DNA from: an uncultured Candidatus Saccharibacteria bacterium
GTDB lineage: Bacteria > Patescibacteriota > Minisyncoccia > UBA9983
Direction: 5' to 3'
Assembly (NCBI GenBank): GCA_964372755.1
Contig: CAYJQX010000001.1
Span: 6,563-70,562, forward strand
DNA: 64,000 nucleotides
Shown: one piece after another, positions 36,521-45,838 of the stretch
How the letters are laid out: every line of letters begins with the position of its first letter
How positions within the stretch are numbered: position 1 is the stretch's first letter
The notes under the pieces: generated by a model
Databases searched by the model: none
What the model was told of the DNA's origin: nothing
The model's input: the letters and a program-made list of their open reading frames with translations, nothing else
Program-made: the position numbers and the translations under genes

Positions 36521-37927
36521 ATGAACAAAAAAATTCTCTTGCTTGCGATACTTGCTTTCGTTTTAGGAATGGGATTTTCCAAAGCTTTGGCTAATTGGTC
36601 TCCTCCTACCACTAATCCTACGGCGGGAAATGCCCCCACTCCTATTAGTGTTTCTGATTTGTCTCAATATAAAGGAGGGGCGCTTGGTGTGGGCGGTCTT
36701 TTTCGCGCTTTCAGTAATGTTTTGATAGACGGAAACCTTAATTTTTCTGCCAGCTCTACCGGAGCAATCAGAGTAAATGTTCCCGGCAAGCTCAATGCCA
36801 CCCAAGTTTGTATTAATGGAGATTGCAGAGGTAGTTGGGTCTCCGGAGGGGGTGGAGGTACAACAGTCAGCAACAATGGCTCCACTCTTGTGGCTGGAGA
36901 GGGCTTGAGTCTTTCTGATGGGACTCTTTCTTTGAATATAAATAACGGCACTGTCCAAACTTGTCCATCCGGTCAAAAGGCAGATGGCTTATCCCCGCTA
37001 GGAATTATTTCTTGTTCTGCCGATGCTGCTGGAGGTGTAGGGGGTTCGAACGTTTCTGGAGGGACAATAGGGAATCTAGCTTATTTCACCAGCCCAACTA
37101 CTTTGGGTAACTCTGCTCTTACACAGAACAACAAGGGAGCTCTTTACACTGGAGGCGCTTTGGGTGTGGGCGGACGTCTTGTTACTTGGGGGGGTTTTAA
37201 TGTGGGTTTGCCGGGTTTGGTGAATACGGCTCAAGTTTTTGTAAGACGCCCGAATCTTGGTGGCCAAGGAGTTTATGTTGGTAACCTCGATCCGGCTGGC
37301 TCTACTGATGGTTTTTCCACTAATTTTTCCGCAAACGCTACTCATTTCTCGGCGTTGATTAATGGCCAACCAGTTTTTAGTGTCGTCGGGAACGGGGACG
37401 GAAGTTTTAAAGGTAACCTTACGGTGGGTGGTACGGCTACTTTTGATAATGTCGTCACTTTCAAAAATAAATTAGAATTGTGGCCTCTGGATTTGCAATC
37501 TAATTCAGTGTCGGGTGGAGTTTCTCTTTCAAGTTCTGCAAGCGGTCGTTTTGATATCATGTTCGGAAACAAAGTAGGGGCTTTGTTCAACGCAAATGGA
37601 AACCTGACTCTTCCGGGCATAAATGATGTAAATGGTGGCCACATTAGAGCCGGACGACTGGAAATTGTGGACGGAAATTTTGTAACCACTATAGACGATA
37701 GTGTTTTGACAACCCAAGACGTGAATTTGCAGGATCCAAAATGGTCTATCACTAAACCAGAGCAAACAGCTCCCACAGTTAATACCACTAGGACAATCGG
37801 CGCTGTTTTTTACGATGAATGGAATAGGTGTCCAACAGGATATTTTATAAGCGGAATAAGGTTCGGCAAGAAAACGGCCGTGGGCGCAACCGCGGCAACC
37901 ACTGTCATAGAATGCAGCAAGCTCTAA
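36521..37927 (+). CDS. secreted Gly/Ser/Thr-rich fibre/adhesin-like protein (paralog family A)
   Basis: Signal peptide, then ANWSPPTTNPTAGNAPTPISVSDLSQYKGGALGVGGLF and a Cys-x-G-D-C-x-x-x-W motif (VCINGDCRGSWVS). Shares an N-terminal module with ORF 39280-40692. Confidence 0.5.
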   Translation: MNKKILLLAILAFVLGMGFSKALANWSPPTTNPTAGNAPTPISVSDLSQYKGGALGVGGLFRAFSNVLIDGNLNFSASSTGAIRVNVPGKLNATQVCINGDCRGSWVSGGGGGTTVSNNGSTLVAGEGLSLSDGTLSLNINNGTVQTCPSGQKADGLSPLGIISCSADAAGGVGGSNVSGGTIGNLAYFTSPTTLGNSALTQNNKGALYTGGALGVGGRLVTWGGFNVGLPGLVNTAQVFVRRPNLGGQGVYVGNLDPAGSTDGFSTNFSANATHFSALINGQPVFSVVGNGDGSFKGNLTVGGTATFDNVVTFKNKLELWPLDLQSNSVSGGVSLSSSASGRFDIMFGNKVGALFNANGNLTLPGINDVNGGHIRAGRLEIVDGNFVTTIDDSVLTTQDVNLQDPKWSITKPEQTAPTVNTTRTIGAVFYDEWNRCPTGYFISGIRFGKKTAVGATAATTVIECSKL

Positions 37928-39150
37928 AAAGAATTATATTGGCGGGTGTTTTGCTTTTGGTTTTTTCTTTTTTACCTGTCGTTCGCGCGGCTGGCACGGA
38001 AGTTTCTATAAACGGGCAAGCTTGGTCTTCCAATATCGGTTGGATAGATTTTCAGCCCGCCTTCGGCGGAGTTAAGTATGACACTTCAAACGGTAACCTT
38101 TCCGGATACGGCTGGTCTTCCAATGTCGGCTGGATAAGTTTTGAAAATAACGACACTAATAATTGTCCGGCCGGTTCTTGCAGGCCGAAAGTAATTCAAG
38201 ATAGCGACAATCCGAGTGATCCGACAAAGGGCATGGTTACCGGTTGGGCGAGAGTGGTTTCCGCTTGCGCGACAGACAAGTGGAACGGGAGTAATTGCAC
38301 AGGCAACGGAAGCGCGGGAAATTTAGCTGGAGGCTGGGACGGCTGGATAAGTTTTAATTGCACCAATAGTAACGGATGCGGAACTTCTAACTATAAAACA
38401 AAAATCAATCACGTAACGGGGGATTTTTCTGGTTATGCCTGGGGTTCGGACGTTGTGGGTTGGATAAGCTTCAATTGCACCAATCACAGCGGATGCGCCC
38501 AATCAAATTATAAAGTAACAAAAACCCCGGTAGTGGCTCCGACAGTGGATCTTACAGCCACTCCTTCTTCTGTAAATCAAGGCGGGTCTTCCACTCTTTC
38601 TTGGACTTCAACGGATGCAACCTCTTGTGATGCTTCGGGCGATTGGTCTGGCAGCAAAACAACAAGCGGATCTTCTGGAACAGGGACGCTAAATTCGCCA
38701 CCGGCTTCTCGCTCATACACGCTCACCTGTACTGGTCCGGGTGGAAGCTCTTTTGATACTGTGGCAGTTTCGATTCTTTATGATTTTGGAATAACTTCCA
38801 CTCCGGCAAATACGCAGGCGACATTTATAAGCGGTGCGTCTGCTTCAACGACGCCGGTAGATATCACCATTTCTCCCCTTGGCGGGTTCGCTCAACCTGT
38901 TTCCCTTTCTGTTTCTTCTATCACCAAAGATACGGACGGATCTCCGGTTACTGGTTTTACCTATAATATGAACCCAGCAACACAAAGTTCCCCCTACAGC
39001 TCTGGTTCTACTCTAGTGATTACTCTTCCTGGCACCACTCCGGCTGGAAGTTATACTGCCACGATTCAAGGCACAGGCGGGGGCTTGGTACGCACAACTT
39101 CTTTGAGAATCAACAGTGGCGGGGTGACGCCGGAGGTAAGGGAAAGATAG
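37912..39150 (+). CDS. secreted Cys-rich repeat protein
   Basis: Signal peptide MQQALKRIILAGVLLLVFSFLPVVRAAG. Repeats GWI(D/S)F...N..GC...NYK, x3 or more. Thr/Ser-rich C-terminus. Confidence 0.45.
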   Translation: MQQALKRIILAGVLLLVFSFLPVVRAAGTEVSINGQAWSSNIGWIDFQPAFGGVKYDTSNGNLSGYGWSSNVGWISFENNDTNNCPAGSCRPKVIQDSDNPSDPTKGMVTGWARVVSACATDKWNGSNCTGNGSAGNLAGGWDGWISFNCTNSNGCGTSNYKTKINHVTGDFSGYAWGSDVVGWISFNCTNHSGCAQSNYKVTKTPVVAPTVDLTATPSSVNQGGSSTLSWTSTDATSCDASGDWSGSKTTSGSSGTGTLNSPPASRSYTLTCTGPGGSSFDTVAVSILYDFGITSTPANTQATFISGASASTTPVDITISPLGGFAQPVSLSVSSITKDTDGSPVTGFTYNMNPATQSSPYSSGSTLVITLPGTTPAGSYTATIQGTGGGLVRTTSLRINSGGVTPEVRER

Positions 39151-39160
39151 TAGGTAGTAT

Positions 39161-39263
39161 AATGCGAACCCACGAATGTATGCGAATAATAAGAATTACA
39201 AGATTAAACCAGTGGTAAATTATTATTTTAACCTTAATTTGCGTCACTCGGGCGCATTTATAG
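39161..39263 (+). repeat. MITE-like repeat copy 4 (inverted left half + direct right half)
   Basis: AATGCGAACCCACGAATGTATGCGAATAATAAGAAT ... GCGTCACTCGGGCGCATTTATAG is related to the core GCGTCATTCGTGCGCATTATTC of copies 1 to 3. Confidence 0.5.
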
Positions 39264-39279
39264 ATTCACATTACGCTTT

Positions 39280-40692
39280 ATGAAAACAACCAAAACAATT
39301 TTAATTAGCGCTACGATCTTTACGGCTATTTTTATTGGCCAAGTTGTTTTTGCCTCTTGGACTGCCCCAACAGCTGATCCGACAGCCAACAACACGGAAG
39401 CGCCGATTAATGTAAGTGGTATAACTCAAAGCAAAGCGGGCGCTCTGGGGTCGGGAATTTTCAAAGCTTATGGGGATGTTGTGGGTTTGATTGACAACAT
39501 GCAGATTGTCGCAAGCGGTAATTCAAATACAAACAAAGGAATTACTATCGGCTATGACACTTCCGGCAACGTCGGGCACATATATTCCAGAGAAGTCGGA
39601 GCGGGCTCAAGGCCTTTGTCCTTGAACGGAAATAGTTTATACAGCACTGGTCTAAACGGTTCTGTGGGTATTGGCAATAATTCGCCGACTCAAAAATTAG
39701 ATGTCACAGGCAATGTCAAAGCCACTCAATTCTGTTTGGGTGCAAGTTGTATAAGCGACTGGACTTCAACCGGCAATAGCCAATGGACAAACGTAACGGG
39801 AGGCATTAATTATAGCGGTGGCAACGTAGGAGTGGGGGCCTCGACACCCGGAGCAAAATTCCATGTTTCAGGCACTTCTCTTTTTGACGGCAATATTACC
39901 CTAGATATTGCCGGTTCCGGCAATGATAGTCCTTCTCTCACTTTTGTAAGGTCTCCAAACGCCAACTGGTCTTTTCAAGACAGAAGCGGAAATTTTTATT
40001 TGGACACGAACTCTGAGGCCGACCAAACATTTTTTGTTTCAAACACGAATTCATCAAGAGTAGCTTCTCTTGATGTTGAAGGGAATGTAAAAGGAAGCCA
40101 ATTATGTATTGGCGGTGATTGCCGTACTGCTTGGCCAAGCACGGGGACATCATATGTTGGTAGCGCAAACATAGGCATCAGTGGCAGTACAATAAGTTTG
40201 GTCAGTTCGCCGACAGTTTCAAGTCTTACTTCTCAAGGTGCTATTTCTGCGAACTCGTTAAATCAATCGACTTATGGTTTACTTGTTCCCAATGGTAACG
40301 TCGGGATTGGCACGGCAGCTCCAAGTTCTAAGCTTGAAGTTGTGGGGAATATAATTGCCAACAGTCCGATTGCTAGTAATCATGTGGCCACGAAAGGATA
40401 TGTTGACGCTCAAGCTGGCGGAGCGCAATCGGTCATGGTTAAATCTCAATCCTCCTCCGTCAGTTGTCCGTCGGGATATGTGATTGCTAAATGCGGTTTT
40501 GGGAGTGGAAACAACGCTCAAGTCCAGAGTGAGGTCAACAACGGCGCAGCGCAATCATTTCAGGACGGGATAGAGACGGGCAGTACTCTTACGCGGACGT
40601 ATTGTCGTTATAACGATCTCGGTAGCCAAACGGCCACAAATCCGTATCCCAACCAAAAGAACGCTGCTGTAGCGCTTTGTGTCAAGCAATAG
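39280..40692 (+). CDS. secreted Gly/Ser/Thr-rich fibre/adhesin-like protein (paralog family A)
   Basis: Signal peptide, then ASWTAPTADPTANNTEAPINVSGITQSKAGALGSGIF. Two copies of the C-x-G-x-x-C-x-x-x-W motif (FCLGASCISDWTS, LCIGGDCRTAWPS). Confidence 0.5.
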   Translation: MKTTKTILISATIFTAIFIGQVVFASWTAPTADPTANNTEAPINVSGITQSKAGALGSGIFKAYGDVVGLIDNMQIVASGNSNTNKGITIGYDTSGNVGHIYSREVGAGSRPLSLNGNSLYSTGLNGSVGIGNNSPTQKLDVTGNVKATQFCLGASCISDWTSTGNSQWTNVTGGINYSGGNVGVGASTPGAKFHVSGTSLFDGNITLDIAGSGNDSPSLTFVRSPNANWSFQDRSGNFYLDTNSEADQTFFVSNTNSSRVASLDVEGNVKGSQLCIGGDCRTAWPSTGTSYVGSANIGISGSTISLVSSPTVSSLTSQGAISANSLNQSTYGLLVPNGNVGIGTAAPSSKLEVVGNIIANSPIASNHVATKGYVDAQAGGAQSVMVKSQSSSVSCPSGYVIAKCGFGSGNNAQVQSEVNNGAAQSFQDGIETGSTLTRTYCRYNDLGSQTATNPYPNQKNAAVALCVKQ

Positions 40693-40695
40693 ATT

Positions 40696-41229
40696 ATGAA
40701 GGTTGTCACTAGCTTTGTTGTGGTTGCCGCAATTGCCGTTCTTGCTTATTTCTACGGTGATTTTAAAAGTGGTAAAATCGTCGAAACAGATAAAACATGT
40801 CCTGTTTCAGAGACGATGCACGAAGTGCGCGGACAATCACTTGTGGGTGTCGTTGAAGAAGGAACAACGATTCTAATTGAGGAGGGATACTATAAATGCC
40901 ATAAAGCAAAAAAGAATGAAATTGTCGCTTATCGGTATGCCGGGAATCCGAACTTGATTATAAAAATTATTAAAGGTGTTCCCGGAGATTCTCTAAAGAT
41001 AAATCCAGAAGGTCAGATCGTCGTCAATAATGAAATTCTTGCAACAACTATGAATGAGCCTTATATCACAAGAGTTGATCCGCCAAGCGCCCTTAAACTT
41101 TATGAAGGTGCAATTCCGGAAGACGCCTATCTTATTTTAGGCAATATTCCAAGTGGGGGAGTGGACAGCACTCGTTTCGGCCTTGTCCACATTTCTGATG
41201 TGGTAGGGAAAGTTAAAATAGCCCCGTAA
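40696..41229 (+). CDS. signal peptidase I-like (S26 family) membrane peptidase
   Basis: N-terminal TM. Ser block RGQSLVGVV, Lys box IIKIIKGVPGDSL and the C-terminal GNIPSGGVDSTRFGLV match S26 boxes B, D and E. Confidence 0.6.
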   Translation: MKVVTSFVVVAAIAVLAYFYGDFKSGKIVETDKTCPVSETMHEVRGQSLVGVVEEGTTILIEEGYYKCHKAKKNEIVAYRYAGNPNLIIKIIKGVPGDSLKINPEGQIVVNNEILATTMNEPYITRVDPPSALKLYEGAIPEDAYLILGNIPSGGVDSTRFGLVHISDVVGKVKIAP

Positions 41230-41388
41230 AGGCTCCTAAAAAGATATCCACAGCTTTTTTAGGGTTTTTGTTTTACCCCCTTGCGTTTTTGTGCTATAGG
41301 AGTACCCTCTGAAGTAGAAGGAACCTTCAAAATCCGAAAAAAGTCAAATCTTCATCCACGAAATATTTTCTAGCATAGGAGGTGTCTT

Positions 41389-42582
41389 ATGAAAAAGACA
41401 CTAGCAATGCTTATTATGGCCATGTTTTGCCTTGTTTTAACGGCAAATTGTGGCGGAGGAAAGAATCCGGTCGGAGGACCAAATCCGACACCCACACCGA
41501 CCCCAACACCAACGCCGACTCCGACACCAGATCCTACTCCAACTCCTACCCCGACTCCAACCCCCGCAAATTGGCCGATTATTGATTTCCCCGTGGATTT
41601 TTATCCGCGAGGAGTCGCCGTGACCGGCAATGTTTTAACGGTTGTAGGAGTAAGAACGAGTCCTGGAATTTCCAATGCCATAGCTGGCTTCGTTTTTGGC
41701 TACAACAAAGAGACAGGAGAGAAAATCTGGCAGGCCGTTGTTCCCGAAATGAAAGAAACGGGATACACGAGAGGGATCGGAGCCAGAGACAACAATATTT
41801 ATTTCCCATGGAACCAAACAAACCTGGCCGGCAAGGTGTATGTCAGCGCATATACCAACACCGGTTTGAAGGTGGATCCATGGCCGGTGAAGCTGGCGGA
41901 TTCTGATTATCAGACAGGTTTGGTGGCCAATGGACAGATCTTCGCTTCCACGCTGGAGAAAGTAACATCCTTTTCTCTGAATGGGGACATGATTTGGTCC
42001 AGCACTCTTGGACTTAGCCATGTTTACGAAGCGATATCAAGTATTGCTTCTGCCGGAGGCGATATTCTGGTGGTTGGCAGTACCACGCGGAGTTTGTACA
42101 AAACATCCCTCGGAGACTGGGATATTTTCTTGACCCGCAGAGATTCTATGGGGAATAAAGTGTGGAATATCCAGTGGGGGGATGACACCAGAAATACCTC
42201 CACATGGGGAGTGGCGACCAATAATTCCCATATCTTTTTGGGAATTATGACTGGGGCTAAGACCGGGGAACCTGGGACCACCACACGGGTTATAAGTTTT
42301 TCTTTGGGTGGTCCGGATAATGCCGACCCAGTCTGGATCTCATCTGATCTTGATGGTGGTGGTGCATACGGCATACGAGCTCTTTCGGCTGAAGGCAACG
42401 ATATCTACGTGCTATTAAAGCACGGCCTTCAGAGGGTTGATGCCACAACCGGCATCCTGGGATGGAAAATCCCAGAGGTCAGTTCAGACCAATTCGGAGG
42501 CATTGTCGTTGACGGCGGGTATCTGTATGTTGTGAACGGAGAGAAGCTCTACCGAGTATCTCGCGGTGGAGCCGTCTCCTAA
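41389..42582 (+). CDS. lipoprotein with (Pro-Thr)n linker and beta-propeller-like domain; compositionally atypical
   Basis: Lipobox LTANC. PTPTPTPTPTPTPTPDPTPTPTPTPTP linker. Clear GGAGG SD 7 nt upstream. Local GC visibly higher than flanks. Confidence 0.5.
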   Translation: MKKTLAMLIMAMFCLVLTANCGGGKNPVGGPNPTPTPTPTPTPTPTPDPTPTPTPTPTPANWPIIDFPVDFYPRGVAVTGNVLTVVGVRTSPGISNAIAGFVFGYNKETGEKIWQAVVPEMKETGYTRGIGARDNNIYFPWNQTNLAGKVYVSAYTNTGLKVDPWPVKLADSDYQTGLVANGQIFASTLEKVTSFSLNGDMIWSSTLGLSHVYEAISSIASAGGDILVVGSTTRSLYKTSLGDWDIFLTRRDSMGNKVWNIQWGDDTRNTSTWGVATNNSHIFLGIMTGAKTGEPGTTTRVISFSLGGPDNADPVWISSDLDGGGAYGIRALSAEGNDIYVLLKHGLQRVDATTGILGWKIPEVSSDQFGGIVVDGGYLYVVNGEKLYRVSRGGAVS

Positions 42583-42724
42583 AATGGTTTTTGATTTTGA
42601 AGCAAAAAAACAACAAGGCGCGTTTGTGCGATCCACGGCGCGTCTTTTTTCTTGCAAAACACTTCTTCCACAAAGAGGTGTTTTTTGCTGTCTAAAAATT
42701 CATTTTCCGTTTATAATTAAATCA

Positions 42725-43681
42725 ATGGCAGAAGAAAGAATATCTCCTTTCAGTTTTCTTTTTCGCGGATGCAGAGAATACAGCTTGAGCCCTTGGCAGT
42801 GCCCGCAGTTTTTGTTTTTGTTGATGGGTACGATTATCATTGCTTCTATTTTGGTGACTAATTTTGTGGCTCGCCGTTATGTAGAACCGGAAGTGGTGGC
42901 TCTCATAGTTCTTTTTGTGACAGGCGTTCTTTTTATAATCAGCTATGTCATAGTTTCTTCCTTTGAGCGAATCGCCGAATCTTCGCGCTCCAAATCCGAA
43001 TTTATCAGTATCATGTCTCACAGGCTAAGGGCTCCTCTTTCGGGCATAAAATGGAAAGTGGATGCCATGATGAGCGATAAGTTTTCCGGGAAAGTCGAAC
43101 TCGTGGAAGAATCTATTCACGAAATAAGAAATTATAATGAGAGGATGATTTCGTTGGTAAACGATCTCCTTGACCTAAACAGAATAGAGGATCACACCGT
43201 AAAATTAAATCCTTCTTCTTTTTCTTTGAGAGCGTTGGTGGATGAGGAGGCCGATATTTTAAAGAAAGAAGCAAAAACCAAAGATCTTGTTTTTGAAATA
43301 AAATCCAGTGAAAACCTCTTGCCTGTTTTTGCCGACAGGGGAAGAATAAAAAATATCGTTCTGCATCTTTTAGACAACGCGGTAAAGTATTCAACTCACG
43401 GAGGAGTGATACAAGTTTCTCTGGAATCTTGGCAAAACGGCAAACAAATCAGATTTTCGGTAAGAGACCAAGGGATTGGAGTGTCTGAAGAAGATCAAAA
43501 AAAGGTTTTTTCAAAGTTTTTCCGCGCGCGCAACAGCTTGCAATACCAAACGGAAGGAACTGGAGTGGGCATTTATCTGGCCAAAAAAATCGTGGAGTTA
43601 TCTCAAGGAGAGATTGGCTTTACTTCCGTAGAAGGGAAAGGTTCAACATTTTGGTTTACCTTGCCGTCGCAGGGCGTTTAA
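42725..43681 (+). CDS. sensor histidine kinase (HisKA + HATPase_c)
   Basis: Two TM helices. H-box ISIMSHRLRAPLSGI, N-box LLDNAVKYS, G-boxes DQGIGV and GTGVGIYLAK. TATAAT sits 7 nt before the ATG. Confidence 0.75.
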   Translation: MAEERISPFSFLFRGCREYSLSPWQCPQFLFLLMGTIIIASILVTNFVARRYVEPEVVALIVLFVTGVLFIISYVIVSSFERIAESSRSKSEFISIMSHRLRAPLSGIKWKVDAMMSDKFSGKVELVEESIHEIRNYNERMISLVNDLLDLNRIEDHTVKLNPSSFSLRALVDEEADILKKEAKTKDLVFEIKSSENLLPVFADRGRIKNIVLHLLDNAVKYSTHGGVIQVSLESWQNGKQIRFSVRDQGIGVSEEDQKKVFSKFFRARNSLQYQTEGTGVGIYLAKKIVELSQGEIGFTSVEGKGSTFWFTLPSQGV

Positions 43682-43703
43682 GTTTAACAGGTTTATATAT
43701 TAC

Positions 43704-44081
43704 ATGGCTAAAATTCTTTTTATAGAAGACGAAGTAAAATTCCAAAAGTCCTTTATGGAATTTTTTAGCAGGGAAGGCTTAGAGGTGATTCCTGCTTACG
43801 ACGGTGTCTCCGGATTGAAAATGGCGGAGGAAAATATGCCGGATTTAATAATTTTGGATCTTGTTTTGCCTAAAAAAGACGGTTTCGAAGTTTTGAAAGA
43901 AATAAAAACCAACGCTCTTCTTCAAAAAATCCCGATCATCGTACTCACAAACTTGGAAGGAGCGGAGGACATAGAAAGGGTAATGAAATACAAGGTGCAA
44001 GATTACCTTGTCAAAGCCAATTATTCTCTGCAGGAAATTTTGGGAGTAGTAAAAAAATATGTTCCGAATTCTAACTCATGA
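43704..44081 (+). CDS. stand-alone response regulator receiver domain (CheY-like)
   Basis: Receiver motifs ILFIEDE, the phospho-acceptor region IILDLVLP, IIVLT and the conserved K. Confidence 0.8.
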   Translation: MAKILFIEDEVKFQKSFMEFFSREGLEVIPAYDGVSGLKMAEENMPDLIILDLVLPKKDGFEVLKEIKTNALLQKIPIIVLTNLEGAEDIERVMKYKVQDYLVKANYSLQEILGVVKKYVPNSNS

Positions 44082-45838
44082 AAATAACTAATAATCAAAT
44101 TAAGCTTTTTCTTCTGGACTCTGATTTAGTTTCAGCCAAAGATGTTGCGGAAGCGGAGGAAAAAGCTAAGAAAGAAAACAAATCCCTAGGAGAAGTTTTG
44201 GTCTCGTCTGGAAAAATTTCAGAAGATCAGATGAGTCGTCTCTACGCCTATATAATGGGAATTCCTTTTTTAAGCCTTGAACACGAAAAGATAGACAGCA
44301 AAGTTCTCTCCATCATACCCGAACCGATTGCGCGGAGCCATAACATTGTGGCATACAAGCTCACAGGAGAAGAACTTGAAGTGGCTATGCTTGATCCCGA
44401 CGATCTGGAGACCATCGAATTTATCAGAAAGGCTAATAAATACAAGATAAAACCTCGTCTTACGGATCAAAAATCCATCAAGCAAGCGCTTTCCCAGTAT
44501 CAGAAAAGTTTGGGCGCGGAATTCGGAGAAATTATAGACACTGAAGCTAAACTTGTAACGGTAAAAGACAAAGAGGGCGAAGACGTTTCGCAAGAAGATT
44601 TAAAAAAACTTGCCGAAGATTTGCCGGTGGTAAAAATTGTCGATACTCTCTTGAGGCACGCGATTTTGCAAAGAGCCAGTGATATTCATATAGAGCCGAT
44701 GGATAACCAGGTTATTGCTCGCTATCGGATAGACGGGATTTTGCACGATGCTATGAATTTACCTAAGGAAACGGCTTCCGGTATTATCGCGAGAATCAAA
44801 GTGTTGGCGAGTTTAAAGCTGGACGAAAAAAGATTGCCTCAAGACGGGCGTTTTAAAATTGAAAGCCAAGAAGATAAAGTTTCCCTGCGTGTTTCTATTT
44901 TGCCGGTCTACAATGGCGAAAAAGTGGTTATGCGTATTCTGAGGGAAAATGCTAAAGGGTATACTCTTGAAGGCTTAGGTATTTCCCCAGATCAAATAGA
45001 AAGAATTCAAAATGCAATGAGAAGACCTCATGGCATGCTTCTTGTAACCGGTCCGACAGGCTCGGGTAAAACTACCACTCTCTACACCATTTTGGATATT
45101 TTAAATACTCCCGCAGTGAATATTTCCACGATTGAAGATCCGATAGAGTATCAAATGCCGCGTATCAATCAAAGCCAAGTCAAGCCAGAAATTGGATTTT
45201 CTTTCGCCAACGGCTTGCGTTCCCTGTTACGGCAAGATCCGGATATTATTATGGTGGGGGAAATCAGAGACAACGAAACGGCCGCGCTGGCTATAAACGC
45301 GGCTCTTACCGGACATTTGGTGCTCTCCACTTTGCATACAAACTCTTCAGCAGGAGCGATTCCAAGATTGATTGATATGAAAGTGGAACCTTTTCTTTTG
45401 TCTTCTACTTTGAATCTTATTGTCGCCCAGAGGCTTGTGCGCAAACTTTCTAAAGACAAGGAAAAATATTTTTTGAGCAAAGACCAATACGAAAGTTTAT
45501 CCAAAGAAGTCGATCTAAATCTTATTTTAGATTATTTGAAAAAATGGAAGATAATTCCAGTTAATGATAAAGAAAAAAATCCGTGGGAAAAAATTCCCTT
45601 TTATTTGCCGAAAGCGGGAGAGGATTCTGCCGATGGCTACTCGGGCAGGGTAGGGATCCACGAATCTATCCTTGTAACAGAAACGATAAGAGCCATGATT
45701 ATCGGAAATGCTTCTTCCGATGAAATAGAGAAACAAGCGAAAAAAGAAGGGCTGATGACAATGTTAGAAGATGGCATTGTAAAGGCAGTGCAGGGGATTA
45801 CTTCCATTGAAGAAGTGTTAAGAGTGACAAGAGAATGA
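44078..45838 (+). CDS. pilB: type IV pilus assembly ATPase PilB (GspE family)
   Basis: N-terminal GSPII-like domain, Walker A LVTGPTGSGKTTT and the His box LVLSTLHTNS. Overlaps the RR stop and the pilC start (ATGA). Confidence 0.9.
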   Translation: MKITNNQIKLFLLDSDLVSAKDVAEAEEKAKKENKSLGEVLVSSGKISEDQMSRLYAYIMGIPFLSLEHEKIDSKVLSIIPEPIARSHNIVAYKLTGEELEVAMLDPDDLETIEFIRKANKYKIKPRLTDQKSIKQALSQYQKSLGAEFGEIIDTEAKLVTVKDKEGEDVSQEDLKKLAEDLPVVKIVDTLLRHAILQRASDIHIEPMDNQVIARYRIDGILHDAMNLPKETASGIIARIKVLASLKLDEKRLPQDGRFKIESQEDKVSLRVSILPVYNGEKVVMRILRENAKGYTLEGLGISPDQIERIQNAMRRPHGMLLVTGPTGSGKTTTLYTILDILNTPAVNISTIEDPIEYQMPRINQSQVKPEIGFSFANGLRSLLRQDPDIIMVGEIRDNETAALAINAALTGHLVLSTLHTNSSAGAIPRLIDMKVEPFLLSSTLNLIVAQRLVRKLSKDKEKYFLSKDQYESLSKEVDLNLILDYLKKWKIIPVNDKEKNPWEKIPFYLPKAGEDSADGYSGRVGIHESILVTETIRAMIIGNASSDEIEKQAKKEGLMTMLEDGIVKAVQGITSIEEVLRVTRE

